Notes: generated by a model from the letters alone, not told the origin. A stretch of 64,000 nt of DNA from Macrostomum lignano (GCA_002269645.1 NIVC01000426.1:310001-374000); one strand, 5' to 3'. Counted from the first letter of the stretch, positions 39,376 to 52,536 are shown. Numbers and translations: made by a program.

Positions 39376-42300
39376 ACTCATCCCATACTAGACAATTAAA
39401 ACCAACATTCATCTAGTACTATACAAAAAACAAACATTAATTATATGGTACTGGACAAAAAACCAACATCATTTCTCCCATACCAAATGAATTGAATAGG
39501 CCTACTCAAGTCTATTTTATTTTATTTTTTTACTTTTATATTCTTAGTTCACTTTTTAAATTAGGCAAAAGTCTAGAGAATATATGTTAGTATTTTATGT
39601 ATAATATACTATACAATAAGATTATCTGCCTAGATCCAGTGGACTAATGCCTAAGGTTGGACGGCCTAAGCATAACTGTATAAGTTAACCTTTTGCTAAT
39701 TTGCTGCAAAATAATATAACAGCAAATAAAAAATCTGTTTTTAGATCTTCCTTAGCACAATTTCACATTAAAAGTGTTAATGATAATTGTTTTCTTGCAC
39801 TACACGACACGAGACTCATGAAAGCTTTGCTAAGGCTAGTTGGTCAAATATCTAATCCAAACCAATCCATGGATCGGTCACGCGCTAACAAAGTTTAGCT
39901 AAATTGAATCTGAACTGCGTTTGTACTTCTGAGAAATGTGCTTATTAGAACACAATTTAGAGAAATAGAAAACTTTTATCTGCTTGAGTCTACAAGTCTA
40001 CTCGCATGCTTAACAGTATAAAAAGAGGCAACGAATATTAAGAAACTTGACAAAAAGTTTATTAAAACGGTCTACAGAAATTCAACATTCAAAATTCAAA
40101 TTCAATAAACCAGAGAGCTAGGACTTTAAAGTTAAAGTTAATAATAATTCGTCACGAATTTTTGTTTTGCTTATTATTTTTTCCTGACTTTCAATACATC
40201 ATGAAAATATACACATGAACCATGCTGAAATACGGCATATATAGACAATGCAATAGGCCTATACTGTCTATTTCAAATCAGGATAGGGCCTACGCCTACC
40301 TAGCTTAGCTATACTTATATACCAATGGCAATAGGCCTAGGGAGGGGTGTGAGTGTAGAACTTAGAACTATAGTTAAATTATAGGCCTACTTATATATAC
40401 TTAAGTCAGACAAGATTCCTATCAGATGATACCTAAATACTTTTGCATCATATAAAAATAAGCATAGTAGAAATCAAACTTCCAACTATAATACTACTAG
40501 GCCTAGGCTTAATAGTAATAATACTAAAATATACATGTAGGTATAGGCCTAGCCATAGCATAAGTGCTTTCCTTTATTCATCAATCCCACTATTATTATA
40601 AAACTGACCAAATATTATTTAAGGTAGGCCCTATCTTAATGCTGCTATAGCCTATAGGATAGATAGATATTTTAGTAAATGAATATTTCACTTTCAGTTA
40701 GGCCATAAAACTGTAAAAGTAGCTTTTTGGTGAAGGCCAAGGGTTTTATAATTATACTCAATATATATCATTCCTAGGTCAACACCCTATAGTTATCTTA
40801 CTTATCTTAATAAAATCCAGCGTATTAGTAATGGACTAATGGTAAAATGTTTAATCTTACTAAGATTCCTACTAAGATTCATAGGCCTAGTAAGATAAAG
40901 CTGACTTGGTACTTCTTACTTTGCCTTTGCCATGGAAAATTCCAGTGCACACAAAGGGTCCTTTGTGCACTTGGTGCATAATCATAGCGTACATTGAGGT
41001 CCCTGGCACATGTGGTGCACAATCATGGCGCATACTGAGGTCTCTACCTAGCGTATGTGGTGTATAATTGCAGTACATACGACGTATAAGGTCCTTGACA
41101 TATGCGGTGCTGTGCACAACTTTGGTGCATAAAGAATCAGAATAGAATCTTTATTAACATAAAATTAGTATAGCATATTGAGTCTTTATGAATTCTAAGA
41201 ATTTTGTAAATTTGTAATAAAATATGTAATTTATATAAATTATGTAAATTAAATAAAATATATAAAATAAGGGCACAGACATGGCACATAGATGGTACAC
41301 AAATGGCACATAGACTGCACACAGATTGTCCCAAAAAAAATATTCTTGCGCATACTATGCCACCTTCCTAGCTATGGTGCCTTTGTAAGCTAATCTTGGT
41401 AGTCTTAGTAGTAGTAATAAGAATATAAATACTATCAAGATTATTCTGTTTTTTTTTTGCATCAAATATTGATATATGCTTGCTAATGAACAAATAACTA
41501 TTATGCCTATATATCACAACAATAGATTATATTTATTACCCCAACCCCAATCCCTGCCCATCCAGTCTTACCATTAAATAATGTGCAAAAATCTTGTAGT
41601 ATAGGCCTATTTAGCCTATAGATTACATTTCTTAAATCAGTCACATAGTTATAGATTACCTGAGATCCCCTTAATATTTAGTAAAGAGTAGTTCTTTATA
41701 ATATAATGCTTTTTACATTGCAAAATTTTTCATTTGAACAGTGACTGGGATTTATTTTCATTTTAAACTCAATAAATTAACATGTTGCAACACTATACTA
41801 CAGCAGTGAGAAAACATTAACTCTTCAGACTTTACATAGGGAAAATCTGGGGATGGACACAATGAGGAATAAAAAAACTATAGCAACAAAAAAATTTGGA
41901 ATAGGTTATAAATTTATAATAAATTTTTAGTTTTTTTCCAAGTTACATGGTATAAAAAAGAAACCACACAATTATGTACAGAAAACATGGAAGACAAAAG
42001 GTTTATTTCAAAAATGTCATATATTAATCAAAAGAAATTTTTTAAATTTTAAAGGACATTAAAACAAAGTGAATATTAGTACAATTCTTTTTGTCTTCTA
42101 GCTGTCTAAATGTATGATTCCAATTAATGATTCATGCATGATTCCTTATACAAACTAGCACTAGGAAGACCCAAGATACAGTAGCTAGAGCACTATCATT
42201 GCTGATAGTACTGAATAACATTTGCTGCTGCTATAATCAGCATTATGACTAGCAAGGCTGTAAATAGAGAGTAAATTGCAATGTAAGAGATAATAAATAG

Positions 42301-43509
42301 ATAAAAATTACAAAATTTTATAATTATATTACAATCACAGTTACAGCTAAAAAAACCAGGGCCTAAGGCAATCAAAATTAACTGCAAAAAACTAAAAACT
42401 TAATAAACATTATTTTTGATTAGAACTAATAAATAATATAAAAAGGTAAATCTTTTTAAAAGGATACACAAAAGAATTTGGGAGCAATAAATTGTAACCA
42501 AGCTAGCTTGCAATGAAATCATATCTATTATTTTAGAGCTAAGCCAAGAGAAAAAAGAGAGATAGATAATCATACATTTTATAGAGCCAAAAAGCCCATA
42601 CTATTATCAACTTTGTGCAATTAAACTATTATTAATAATTTACTTACTACCAACTCTGCAGTTGAAAAAATATATATTAAACATCAGTGGAATATAAAGA
42701 AGCATGTTAGATTTACATTGTATGTGTAATGTGTATACTAGGAATAAAAATTGTGTTGCTTAGCAATTAAAAACTGGAATATATAAGTATGTGTAATTTT
42801 CTATTACTACTACTAATTGCAAAACAAGTAGTAAGGTCCTTGCTAGGAATTTTATTATGTGCCTAATACATTTTTCCATTACAAATCAAATAGAAAAGTA
42901 CTAAACTAAGCCTAGCTGGAATAGAGTATTCTACAGGAATTCTCAAAACACAATGGGAGTTATATTGCATGGCACAATTTTAGCAGTTCCTAACACAATC
43001 CAATCCTCTTTCCCTTATAGTTAGACCTCCAATTTTTCTAATCTTGTCTTAACAATCATTCATATATCCTAAAATAACCAAGTATAGATAAAGGAAACAT
43101 AATGAAAGAGTTAGCCCAGCAATATGTGAGAGGAAATAAGCAAGTGTTAAGCTTTTTGTTTAACAAAATCCTTTCTTGATTGGGTATTAATGTCCTGCAT
43201 CTTCTCTCTGCAGTATACAAGCCCTGGAGCTGGGGTGCTCACCAAGGACAAGTGACTGTTTTTTTTCATTTTATTTGCTTAAATATACCAAGGATCTTAA
43301 AATTACCGGCCTCTTTTCTGGCAGTGATGGCCTTCTCAATCAGTGAATGTTAATTGTAAACTTATTATTTCTTTTGGCCTATTATATTTTAGTTCATAAA
43401 ATTCAATTCAAATTATTTCTTTAAGGAAAGTCAGGAAAATGAAAGCAAAGGCAAACGTTCATATTTTATCTTTAATAATACAAAATTATGAAATTATAAT
43501 TTATTAATC

Positions 43510-43912
43510 AATCTTTGCGCGACATGTTTTGCCGAAAAATTGGCATCTTCAGGCAAGGCAATAATATAGTTTCAGAAAGATGGTAATTTTTTAAAGTCTA
43601 GTAGGCCAAAAAGATTGTAAGTATGGGTAACCGAGTTAGATGGCCCTAAATAAGAGGCAAGTGCATAGAGTCAGAACACCCTTAGATGGACACTCGCCCC
43701 TCTACCACCAAGTTGGATGTTCATGGTAGGCTTTAACTGTTTAATGTACAATGCCTCAAGAGTAGAAAACTTAAAACTCTGCCAATTACGATCAATAATT
43801 TCAAATTTCTTAGCATTTCTAACTTTAGCACATTGATTGTACATCAGGAGGTGGTCGTACACAGCACAAGCTCTTGTACAATGCTCCTTTACCCTTGTGT
43901 GTAGGTGCCTTA
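43510..43912 (-). mobile_element. Penelope-like retroelement remnant (GIY-YIG endonuclease C-terminal part)
   Basis: RHLHTRVKEHCTRACAVYDHLL...FEII...LEALYIKQLKPTMNIQ matches the PLE GIY-YIG consensus pattern. Confidence 0.8.
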
Positions 43913-44698
43913 AATTAAATTTCTTAAATGTCTTTAAGGTATTATATTTTCCTCAATATAATTCAAATATGTTTAATTATTAAAAAAGTGGACATATACA
44001 GAAATGGAAAAGGTTGCCAATAAAACTGCCAAAATGGGAGTTTGTATTGTTTCTAATTCTTGTGTGCAAGGTCTTTTCTTTCGAGTTCTTTGTGGGTGCA
44101 GGCAGTGTAAACTGTGTATTGAGAATTCCTGTAGAATACCCTGTTCCAGCTGGTTTGGTACCTTACTATTTGATTTGTAATGGGAAAATGTGGTATGTGC
44201 ACAGTAGAATTTCTGATGGGTACCTTACTACTTGTTTTGCAGTTGAAAATTGGAGTATGTAAGTAATTTTCTATTACTACTCTTGTGAATTTTTAACAAC
44301 TCAATTGATTGTATGTAATAGAGAGGCAACTGTTTGAGTCACCAATGCATCACATGAGTTTTAAAATCATAAAAGAGTGCTAAAAATGCCTATGTGATTC
44401 TAACTCATAAAGTGATGCATATGTGTTTTATACGCAACTCTAGCATGCCTCAGATACCATTCTCTCTGTTGCCCCAGAGTCGCAAACAATAAAACGCCTC
44501 ATATTGACTCAGATGACTTTTTAGAAACTTGTGCCGTGACATTTTGTGGTTTTAGAGTTGTAATTTAACAACTCTGAAACGACTCTGGGACAAGGTAACA
44601 TGGACCGATATTTCTGCTCATAAATCTGTAAATTCATGCGCTTGCCAATCTCCTTTGTCGGCATTGTCAGCAGCAGCAGCAGCAGAAGGATTGCAGCA

Positions 44699-46247
44699 AT
44701 GTCGGCATCAACTGGCATCCGGCCAATTGTATTCAGCGGGCCTAGCGGCAGCGGCAAGTCTACACTAATCCAGCGTCTGATGGAGCGTCATCCAGGCTGC
44801 TTTCGGTTCTGCGTGTCGCACACAACCAGACAGCCGAGAGCCGGCGAAAAGCACGGCCAGCACTATTGGTACGTGACCGAGGCCGAGATGCTGGCTGACA
44901 TTGATGCCGGCAAGTTTATTGAGTCCACCCATTTTGCCGGCAACCGCTATGGCACCAGTTACAAAGCCGTGACGGATGTTATCAATAGCGGACAAATTCC
45001 CGTGCTAGATGTGGATGTGCAGGTTTGTTCAGGTGTTAATACTGATTTGTTATTGCTTTTAAAATTTATCAATTTCGGCTGCGCAAGTGGCATTTAACGT
45101 ACTCAGTAATACAAATTCAATGTGCGTTTAAACAGCGTATTTATAGTTTTTGGGCAATTAACCATTTTAAGCATACGAAATGCCAGTCTAAATTAGTTAG
45201 CTGATATGCATAGTTAAGTCTAAATTGACATTAATTCGCAAAAATGGAAAGTTTTCTTTTAGTTTTTAGTCTAACACGCCCGTGTGCCTGCTCAGATAGG
45301 GAACGCTTGAGACGGAAGTGACTCCCCCAACTGAGGCTTCCAGAGTCGTTTCAGACGCGTTGCAGATGACAAAGGTCAAACAGGAAAGAAGTGATTCTAA
45401 ACGACTCTAAAACAACAAGATGTTACGGTACAAGTCGCCAAAAAGTCGTCAAATAGTCGCCCCACAATCACTTTGAAACGTTTTATATTGTCTGCGTCAG
45501 TGCGTCACTTCTGAGGCGTTCTGGACGCGTTACAGAGTCGTTACTACCGGCCTTAAACAGACTGCTGGATCGTCATTTCCGGGCGAATAGAAAATGCTAG
45601 AATCACTTCTTTCCTGTTGGACCTGTGTCATCTGCAACGCGTCTAAAACGACTCTGTGGCTACACAAGTGACTCCGGGACGCTTCTTGGCCTCTATAACG
45701 TTTTCATCGGGCTTTGGCGGATTAGCCCAGCCCATTAGCCTTAAAATGGATTTAAAGATTCAAGGTCGGTTTTGCTATCCCGGAATTATCGAAAATCTTG
45801 TGCATCTGCATATAGTAAGGAAACGAACTGGCCTGGGCCTCAGTTTTGGCGGAGTGCCTCCTGTGTGCTCTGAGTGGCCTATATGATTATTGTAGCATAA
45901 TATACTACCCGTGCCGTCAACTGAGAACCGTACCGAATTCCTAATCGCCACAGGGCGTCAAGAGTTTCAAAGCCGCCAAGCTGCAGCCGCCGCCAACCTA
46001 CGTGTACATCAAAGCGCCCAGCATGACAGACCTCGAGCAGCGACTCCGAGCCCGCTGTACAGATGACGACGAGAAAATCCGCCTCCGTCTGGCCGAAGCC
46101 GAGGCTGGCAACGCCTACGCCGATCAGGCCGGCGCCTACGACGTCGTGATTGTCAACGATAATCTGGACGCCGCTTTCGCCGAGTTGGACAAATTTCTGG
46201 CCGACGACGTGGCCCGCGCATTGGCAGCCAAAGCATCCGCAAGCTGA
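44699..46247 (+). CDS. GUK1: Guanylate kinase
   Basis: Exons 44699-45022 and 45954-46247 (phase 0). P-loop GPSGSGKST; VSHTTRQPR, YGTS, VLDVDVQ|GV, LEQRLRAR, DVVIVNDNL motifs. Confidence 0.95.
45341..45656. repeat. 59-bp inverted repeat pair in the GUK intron; dispersed family also near 44470-44590 and 62410-62625
   Basis: 45341-45399 matches the reverse complement of 45598-45656 with ~3 mismatches. Confidence 0.8.
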
Positions 46248-46321
46248 TTGAGAGCTACAGGGAGACTGCTGTTATAGTAGGTTGCAGTAACCTCTGGGTT
46301 GGTTTACAGCAAAGTCCGGTG

Positions 46322-49300
46322 GTGTAGGTTACAGTGACATCAGGTGTAGGTTACAGCGACATCAGGTGTAGGTTACAGTGACATCAGGTGTAGGTTACAG
46401 CGACATCAGGTGTAGGTTACAGTGACATCAGGTGTAGGTTACAGTGACATCAGGTGTAGGTTACAGTGACATCAGGTGTAGGTTACAGTGACATCAGGTG
46501 TAGGTTACAGTGACATCAGGTGTAGGTTACAGTGACATCAGGTGTAGGTTACAGTGACATCAGGTGTAGGTTACAGTGACATCAGGTGTAGGTTACAGTG
46601 ACATCAGGTGTAGGTTACAGTGACATCAGGTGTAGGTTACAGTGACATCAGGTGTAGGTTACAGTGACATCAGGTGTAGGTTACAGTGACATCAGGTGTA
46701 GGTTACAGTGACATCAGGTGTAGGTTACAGTGACATCAGGTGTAGGTTACAGTGACATCAGGTGTAGGTTACAGTGACATCAGGTGTAGGTTACAGTGAC
46801 ATCAGGTGTAGGTTACAGTGACATCAGGTGTAGGTTACAGTGACATCAGGTGTAGGTTACAGTGACATCAGGTGTAGGTTACAGTGACATCAGGTGTAGG
46901 TTACAGTGACATCAGGTGTAGGTTACAGTGACATCAGGTGTAGGTTACAGTGACATCAGGTGTAGGTTACAGTGACATCAGGTGTAGGTTACAGTGACAT
47001 CAGGTGTAGGTTACAGTGACATCAGGTGTAGGTTACAGTGACATCAGGTGTAGGTTACAGTGACATCAGGTGTAGGTTACAGTGACATCAGGTGTAGGTT
47101 ACAGTGACATCAGGTGTAGGTTACAGTGACATCAGGTGTAGGTTACAGTGACATCAGGTGTAGGTTACAGTGACATCAGGTGTAGGTTACAGTGACATCA
47201 GGTGTAGGTTACAGTGACATCAGGTGTAGGTTACAGTGACATCAGGTGTAGGTTACAGTGACATCAGGTGTAGGTTACAGTGACATCAGGTGTAGGTTAC
47301 AGTGACATCAGGTGTAGGTTACAGTGACATCAGGTGTAGGTTACAGTGACATCAGGTTTAGGTTACAGTGACATCAGGTGTAGGTTACAGTGACATCAGG
47401 TGTAGGTTACAGTGACATCAGGTGTAGGTTACAGTGACATCAGGTGTAGGTTACAGTGACATCAGGTGTAGGTTACAGTGACATCAGGTGTAGGTTACAG
47501 TGACATCAGGTGTAGGTTACAGTGACATCAGGTGTAGGTTACAGTGACATCAGGTGTAGGTTACAGTGACATCAGGTGTAGGTTACAGTGACATCAGGTG
47601 TAGGTTACAGTGACATCAGGTGTAGGTTACAGTGACATCAGGTGTAGGTTACAGTGACATCAGGTGTAGGTTACAGTGACATCAGGTGTAGGTTACAGTG
47701 ACATCAGGTGTAGGTTACAGTGACATCAGGTGTAGGTTACAGTGACATCAGGTGTAGGTTACAGTGACATCAGGTGTAGGTTACAGTGACATCAGGTGTA
47801 GGTTACAGTGACATCAGGTGTAGGTTACAGTGACATCAGGTGTAGGTTACAGTGACATCAGGTGTAGGTTACAGTGACATCAGGTGTAGGTTACAGTGAC
47901 ATCAGGTGTAGGTTACAGTGACATCAGGTGTAGGTTACAGTGACATCAGGTGTAGGTTACAGTGACATCAGGTGTAGGTTACAGTGACATCAGGTGTAGG
48001 TTACAGTGACATCAGGTGTAGGTTACAGTGACATCAGGTGTAGGTTACAGTGACATCAGGTGTAGGTTACAGTGACATCAGGTGTAGGTTACAGTGACAT
48101 CAGGTGTAGGTTACAGTGACATCAGGTGTAGGTTACAGTGACATCAGGTGTAGGTTACAGTGACATCAGGTGTAGGTTACAGTGACATCAGGTGTAGGTT
48201 ACAGTGACATCAGGTGTAGGTTACAGTGACATCAGGTGTAGGTTACAGTGACATCAGGTGTAGGTTACAGTGACATCAGGTGTAGGTTACAGTGACATCA
48301 GGTGTAGGTTACAGTGACATCAGGTGTAGGTTACAGTGACATCAGGTGTAGGTTACAGTGACATCAGGTGTAGGTTACAGTGACATCAGGTGTAGGTTAC
48401 AGTGACATCAGGTGTAGGTTACAGTGACATCAGGTGTAGGTTACAGTGACATCAGGTTTAGGTTACAGTGACATCAGGTGTAGGTTACAGTGACATCAGG
48501 TGTAGGTTACAGTGACATCAGGTGTAGGTTACAGTGACATCAGGTGTAGGTTACAGTGACATCAGGTGTAGGTTACAGTGACATCAGGTGTAGGTTACAG
48601 TGACATCAGGTGTAGGTTACAGTGACATCAGGTGTAGGTTACAGTGACATCAGGTGTAGGTTACAGTGACATCAGGTGTAGGTTACAGTGACATCAGGTG
48701 TAGGTTACAGTGACATCAGGTGTAGGTTACAGTGACATCAGGTGTAGGTTACAGTTACATCAGGTGTAGGTTACAGTGACATCAGGTGTAGGTTACAGTG
48801 ACATCAGGTGTAGGTTACAGTGACATCAGGTGTAGGTTACAGTGACATCAGGTGTAGGTTACAGTGACATCAGGTGTAGGTTACAGTGACATCAGGTGTA
48901 GGTTACAGTGACATCAGGTGTAGGTTACAGTGACATCAGGTGTAGGTTACAGTGACATCAGGTGTAGGTTACAGTGACATCAGGTGTAGGTTACAGTGAC
49001 ATCAGGTGTAGGTTACAGTGACATCAGGTGTAGGTTACAGTGACATCAGGTGTAGGTTACAGTGACATCAGGTGTAGGTTACAGTGACATCAGGTGTAGG
49101 TTACAGTGACATCAGGTGTAGGTTACAGTGACATCAGGTGTAGGTTACAGTGACATCAGGTGTAGGTTACAGTGACATCAGGTGTAGGTTACAGTGACAT
49201 CAGGTGTAGGTTACAGTGACATCAGGTGTAGGTTACAGTGACATCAGGTGTAGGTTACAGTGACATCAGGTGTAGGTTACAGTGACATCAGGTGTAGGTT

Positions 49301-49625
49301 ACAGTGACATCAGGTGTAGGTTACAGTGACATCAGGTGTAGGTTACAGTGACATCAGGTGTAGGTTACAGTGACATCAGGTGTAGGTTACAGTGACATCA
49401 GGTGTAGGTTACAGTGACATCAGGTGTAGGTTACAGTGACATCAGGTGTAGGTTACAGTGACATCAGGTGTAGGTTACAGTGACATCAGGTGTAGGTTAC
49501 AGTGACATCAGGTGTAGGTTACAGTGACATCAGGTGTAGGTTACAGTGACATCAGGTGTAGGTTACAGTGACATCAGGTGTAGGTTACAGTGACATCAGG
49601 TGTAGGTTATAGTGATATCAGGAGT
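46322..49625. repeat. 3.3-kb near-perfect satellite, 22-bp unit (GTGTAGGTTACAGTGACATCAG)n, ~150 copies
   Basis: Seen directly; starts ~75 bp after the GUK stop codon. Confidence 0.98.
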
Positions 49626-51121
49626 AAGTTGTAGTGGAAACTCAGGTTTAAGTTACAGGAAAAATAAGTGGATTACAATAATAATCAGATAATTTTTAAA
49701 GCACTCTGAAAGTGAGTTTTACACCTGAATCTTAGGTATCATCTTCTTATTATTTTATCATAACAGACATACAGAAGACCATGTGAACATCACAGTAGTC
49801 TCATGCCAAATTTATGCAACAAAACTTATGAATGGTTGAGTAGTTTGATGCTTGCTTGTCTCTAATATGTTTGTTATAACTAGGTTATGTAATTGGTATA
49901 ATTATAGTGCTTGGTTAAAATATTGAATAAATATCGTGAATCTGTCACAGCCAATCTTATTGGTCAACCTTACGCTTTTGTCCCTATTAGTCCACAAATA
50001 TCCCACAATATCCTAAGCTAAGTTACGGTTATGAATAATTAACTTGATCACATTCCCGCACTTGAGTGACAGGTGAACTACATTGTCATACGTTTTCAAC
50101 TCTCACAAATTGTGTTTAAACCGTCTTTTATAAATACACGAGTATACGATTTAATCAGTGGAAATATTTCAATCAATATCGATCTAATTTTGTTATAGTT
50201 TTGCTGATATCGAGGAATCGCGCCTTTTTAAACGCGCACTTAAATGGCTTGTTTTTTAAAATGTTTTAACTTCTCTCGCATTAATCCTCAATTATTCAAT
50301 GCTCAAACTCTTAGAGTCACAAATTTGAATTAGTGCTGCGAAATACGATTTAATAATAATTATTTGAGACATTTTAATTTCCAATCTGGTCAATTGAGTA
50401 CACTGTGTACTTTTTATTGCTAATTTGGTACTTTTGTACTGTTGGATTGAACCTAAATGGGCTTTAGGTATGAAATGTAAGGCACCGGTACATTTTGTGA
50501 TGAATCTTCTAATAGAACTTTAGTTTTATTGTTTATTGTTTGTTTATCTCCGCTATGTATATTTTGTCTCGTGTTTTATCTTAAATAGCTTAGTTCGTCA
50601 GAGCCTTGTTCAAGCTTGCTTTCGGGTTTTCAGAATTTTCTAATCGGTTGTGCTTGTTAAAGCAATTATTTGCTTTCTTCTTCTGGCTGTCTCTGCTGCT
50701 GCTGCGGTTGAACTCAACAAAAAGGTCAGCTTAGCTTACCTATTAACGCTTCTAGCTATTAAAAAATACATAAATATAAAAATTCGATTTACAACTTGTT
50801 GCTTACATAATCTATTTAATTAAATTGAAATGTTGGACTTGATTGAATAATTTCTGTCTGGAACTCTGGTTAATTTTTCTTTTCTGTAGTCAAAGTTTTG
50901 TAATTATAGTTAGCTCTTAGTTGTTGTAGAACCAAAATGAAAGTGCATTAGTGACTTATCACTATCGATAATTACGGTATTAGTGTTTACAAAATTATTT
51001 TTAAAGTTATTCACGACCTAGGTAGGACTGCGATAGATAATATAATTATTTCATTAAAATTCAGCATTAGGTGTAGAAGTATAGTTCTGTGGCTTCGTCA
51101 CGATCGTGAAAAATTAATCAT

Positions 51122-51716
51122 TATTGTCTACCTCCAAAACCAAATACACAATCTATCATTATTGTCTACCTCCAAAACCAAATACACAATCTATCATTAT
51201 TGTCTACCTCCAAAACCATATACACAATCTACCATTATTGTATACCTCCAAAACCATATACACAATCTACCGTTATTGTCTACCTCCAAAACCATATACA
51301 CAATCTACCATTATTGTCTACCTCCAAAACCATATACACAATCTACCATTATTGTCTACCTCCAAAACCATATACACAATCTACCGTTATTGTCTACCTC
51401 CAAAACCATATACACAATCTACCGTTATTGTATACCTCCAAAACCATATACACAATCTACCATTATTGTCTACCTCCAAAACCATATACACAATCTACCG
51501 TTATTGTCTACCTCCAAAACCATATACACAATCTACCGTTATTGTATACCTCCAAAACCATATACACAATCTACCATTATTGTCTACCTCCAAAACTATA
51601 TACACAATCTACCGTTATTGTCTACCTCCAAAACTATATACACAATCTACCATTATTGTCTACCTCCAAAACTATATACACAATCTACCATTATTGTCTA
51701 CCTCCAAAACCATATG
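51122..51716. repeat. 38-bp minisatellite (ATTATTGTCTACCTCCAAAACCATATACACAATCTACC)n, ~15 copies
   Basis: Seen directly; an inverted copy lies at 53358-53497. Confidence 0.95.
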
Positions 51717-52449
51717 CAAATTTACCATTGTTTCAGCACCGTGAATGTGCGTAGATTAAGCCACAGGCGAAAACGCAAGATGTGGAGGGGTAGTTGGGAT
51801 AGTGAAGTTAGAAGCACTGGTAAGGCTGTGCCAGAGACAAAACTGATGGACTGGGGTGGGGTGGGGCCTAAATAACATGGAGGCGCTAGCTAGGAATACA
51901 GAGAGAGAGCTTTACCTCCGACGCCTCAGCTTATTAAACATGGCTCTCATTAACTGGGGCCATTCTTCGGTGAATTCGCTCAACGGTGTGACAAGTAGTG
52001 AGTTAAGCCTGATATCGGAACTGAGTTCCAAGGCCCACCAGGATTGAATGGCTGACCAACTCCTGGTGATATGGACCATTTGCCGGAGCTTCCAGTTGAC
52101 GATGCGACAATCGGTGGCCACGCCACGGTGAATACTTAGTCTTTTCTAATGGAGCATACGGATGAGGACTGCGTCACTTGGTCATCCTAGCCACCCTGAT
52201 CGCTCTCTTTCTCTCAAACGTTCTCTCAAACTGCCGTTTTGAGCGGCCTGAATCTTCAACTTTTAATGCCTTTCCGATTGCTGACAATTGAACACGCATA
52301 TGTCGACTTCAGCTGTTGATTTTCATTTCGTTTGTTGCAAGTTACCGATTCCTAATATGTCTATGGCCCGCACGCCAGAAGAAATATAGCGACTGTTTTT
52401 GCCACCCTGAAATAATGGCAAAATGTAAGAAAGCTGAAATAATGGTAGA

Positions 52450-52536
52450 TTGCGTAGTAGGTAAGGGGCTGAAATAATGGCCAAACACGACGCTCGTGTC
52501 TATGGCCATTATTTCAGCCCCTTACCTACTACGCAA
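52450..52536. other. Near-perfect hairpin (34-bp stem, asymmetric bulge, 6-bp stem, 3-nt loop)
   Basis: TTGCGTAGTAGGTAAGGGGCTGAAATAATGGCCA pairs exactly with 52503-52536; inner ACACGA-CGC-TCGTGT. Confidence 0.9.

Noticed and set aside
40887-41334. Small Cys/His-rich ORFs as a zinc finger or viral ATPase remnant
   Set aside because: Only a few residues of resemblance within degenerate GCAC-type sub-repeats; not supportable.
16935-49625. Regular arrays as possible CRISPR loci
   Set aside because: Pure tandem repeats without unique spacers; eukaryotic context; no cas genes.
51124-51875. Three overlapping ~200-aa ORFs
   Set aside because: Produced by the 38-bp minisatellite.
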